From: an uncultured delta proteobacterium
GTDB taxonomy: Bacteria; Myxococcota; Myxococcia; Myxococcales; Myxococcaceae
Direction: 5' to 3'
NCBI GenBank assembly: GCA_963771175.1
Contig: CAVYSY010000033.1
Location: forward strand, 128,001 to 192,000
Length of the DNA stretch: 64,000 nt
Position numbers and translations under genes: made by a program
Shown: piece by piece, positions 61,936 to 64,000 of the stretch
Layout of the letters: every line of letters starts with the position of its first letter
Numbering within the stretch: the stretch's first letter is position 1
The notes under the pieces: model-generated
What the model saw: the letters and a program-made list of their open reading frames with translations, nothing else
The model's database searches: none
Told to the model about the DNA's origin: nothing

Positions 61936-64000
61936 ATGAAGACGCTTCCGTCCTGGTTGCTCCTGCTGTGCCTCGGGCTCACCGCGCCCGCGCTGGCCCA
62001 GCGCCGCCCCGGCCCGCCCGCTCCGGCGGGCACTCCCGCCGAGCGGCAGGTCGCCCCGCAGACGCCCTCGGGCCCCGAGGCCGGTGGCGCCACCATCGCG
62101 GCCCGACGCCCACGTGCGAGGAGGTCCGTCGCCGCGCCCGCTACGGCATCTACTTCGACAAGGTGGAGATCGAGAAGCTGGTGCAGACCGTCTCGGACGT
62201 CACCTGCAAGCACGTTCATCCTCCCGGAGAACGTGCGCGGGAAGATCTCCATCATCGGCCCGGAGAACGGCACGCGTGGAGGTGGACCGCCGACCAGTTC
62301 TACGCCGCCTTCCTCGCGGCGCTCGACGCCAACGGCCTGGCCGTCTACCAGCACGGGCGCTTCCTGAAGATCGTCGACAAGCGCGCCGCCAAGCAGAACC
62401 CCATCCCCACCATCATCGACGGTGACGCGCCCTACACCGTCAACGAGCAGATGATCACCAAGCTGTTCCGCATCAAGAACGTGGAGGTGGAGCCCCTGCG
62501 CGGCGTGCTGCAGCAGCTGGTGTCCAAGGACGGCGACACCATCCCGTTCCCGCCGGACATCATCATCGTCAACGACGTGGGCTCCAACGTGCACCGGCTC
62601 GAGCGGATCATCGATCAGCTCGACTCGCGCGCGGCCAGCGACGAGATGCGCATCATCCAGGTGCAGTACGCCACCGCGCAGGACGTGGCCGACACGGTGC
62701 AGAAGCTCTTCGAGGAGAAGGGCGGAAGCCGTCCCGGCGGCCGCGCGGGTGCTCCCGCCATGGTGCCGCCGCCCGGCGGCAGAGCGGCGCCCCCATGGCC
62801 GCCGCTCGCCGACAACGGCACCGGAGGGCCGGTGACCCTCTCGCAGATCATCCCCGACGAGCGCACCAACAAGCTCATCGTCGTCGCCAGCCCCGCCGCC
62901 TTCGAGCGCATCCAGAGCTGGTGCGCGAGCTGGACATCCCCATCGCCGGCGACGGGCGCATCAACGTCTACTCCCTGGAGAACGCCAACGCCGAGGAGAT
63001 CGCCAGCACGCTGCAGACGCTCTCGCAGGGCAGCGCCAGCCGGCCGCGCACGCCCACGCCGCAGCCCGCCGGGCGCCCCGCCCGGGTGGCACCGGCGCCC
63101 GCTCCGCCGAGCTGTTCGCCGGCGAGGTGAAGATCTCCGCGGACAAGGGCACCAACTCGCTGGTCATCATCGCCAGCCAGAGCGACTACCGCAGCCTCGT
63201 GCGCGTCATCGCGAGCTCGACAAGCCGCGCCGCCAGGTCTTCGTCGAGGCGGTCATCATGGAGGTCAACCTCGACCGCAACAACGAGTTCGGGCTGAACC
63301 TGCACAGCGGCTACACGCTGTCCACGCCGCTGGGCGACGGCGCGGGCATCGTGGGCACCAAGTACACCAGCAGCGGCGCGCCCGCCCTCCTTCTCGCTGG
63401 TCAACCTGGCCAGCTTCGGCGGCTTCCTCGCCGGCCTGCAGGGCCCCGTCATCCCCGAGCTGAAGGCCCTGGGCATCGACATCCCCGCCTTCGGCGTGGT
63501 GCTGCACGCGCTCCAGCAGAGCTCGGACGTCAACGTGCTCTCCACCCCGCACATCCTCACCAGCGACAACGAGGAGGCGGAGATCACCGTGGGCCAGAAC
63601 GTGCCCTTCCAGGCGGGCTTCACGCCCTCCTCGCTGGGCACCGGCACTCGGCACCACCGCCGGCGGCACCAGCGGCGCCTCCGCCGTCGCTGCTCGGCGC
63701 CCTGGGCGGCCTGGGCAGCCTCTACGCCCCCATCCACCGCCAGAACGTGGAGCTCAAGCTCAAGATCAAGCCGCAGATCAACGAGAGCGACTACATCCGC
63801 CTGACAGTCGACGAGCAGACCGAGGAGATCGCCTCCACGGACCCGGCGCTCGGCCCCACCACCTCCAAGCGCAGCGCCAAGACGACGGTGGTGGCCAAGG
63901 ACCAGGAGACGGTGGTCATCGGCGGCATCATGCAGGAGCGCACGCTCGAGTCGGTGCCGAAGGTGCCGATCCTCGGCGACATCCCGCTCATCGGCCAGCT
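61936..64000 (+). CDS. gspD: Type II secretion secretin (indels; runs off the window)
   Basis: N domains (IEKLVQTVSD, DERTNKLI, DKGTNSL), QVFVEAVIMEV, VLSTPHILTSDNEEAEITVGQNVP, KVPILGDIPLIG. Confidence 0.92.

Overview
High-GC myxobacterial (Cystobacterineae; Archangium/Cystobacter-like) chromosomal segment. A core backbone (pcnB; plsX; gltC-gltA-gltB/cglC gliding cluster; vWA; purEK-ybaK; DUF192-PilZ; thrB; cNMP and FHA proteins; Nla4-like sigma54 activator followed by gspC-gspD) is interrupted by four accessory blocks. (1) A yjjX duplication, then an unusual periplasmic nitrate reductase island: napD-napA-tetraheme napB-ferredoxin-unknown ORF, with no napC or napH, and a divergent sigma54-type cytochrome c/NrfC(DsrO)-like/NrfD(DsrP)-like module. 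(2) A patch of short variable genes with two paralogous AT-richer HEAT-repeat lipoproteins. (3) An arsenic-resistance cluster next to an apparently non-Tat lipoprotein PhoX phosphatase paired with an uncharacterised di-heme protein. (4) A metal island: mbnP-mbnH, a truncated CorE-like ECF sigma factor and czcI-like-CBA. Many genes carry single-base indels clustered in blocks, most likely uncorrected long-read or consensus errors rather than real pseudogenes, so coordinates there are approximate. No rRNA, tRNA, CRISPR array, integrase or transposase was recognised. All family calls come from reading motifs by eye; no database search was run.
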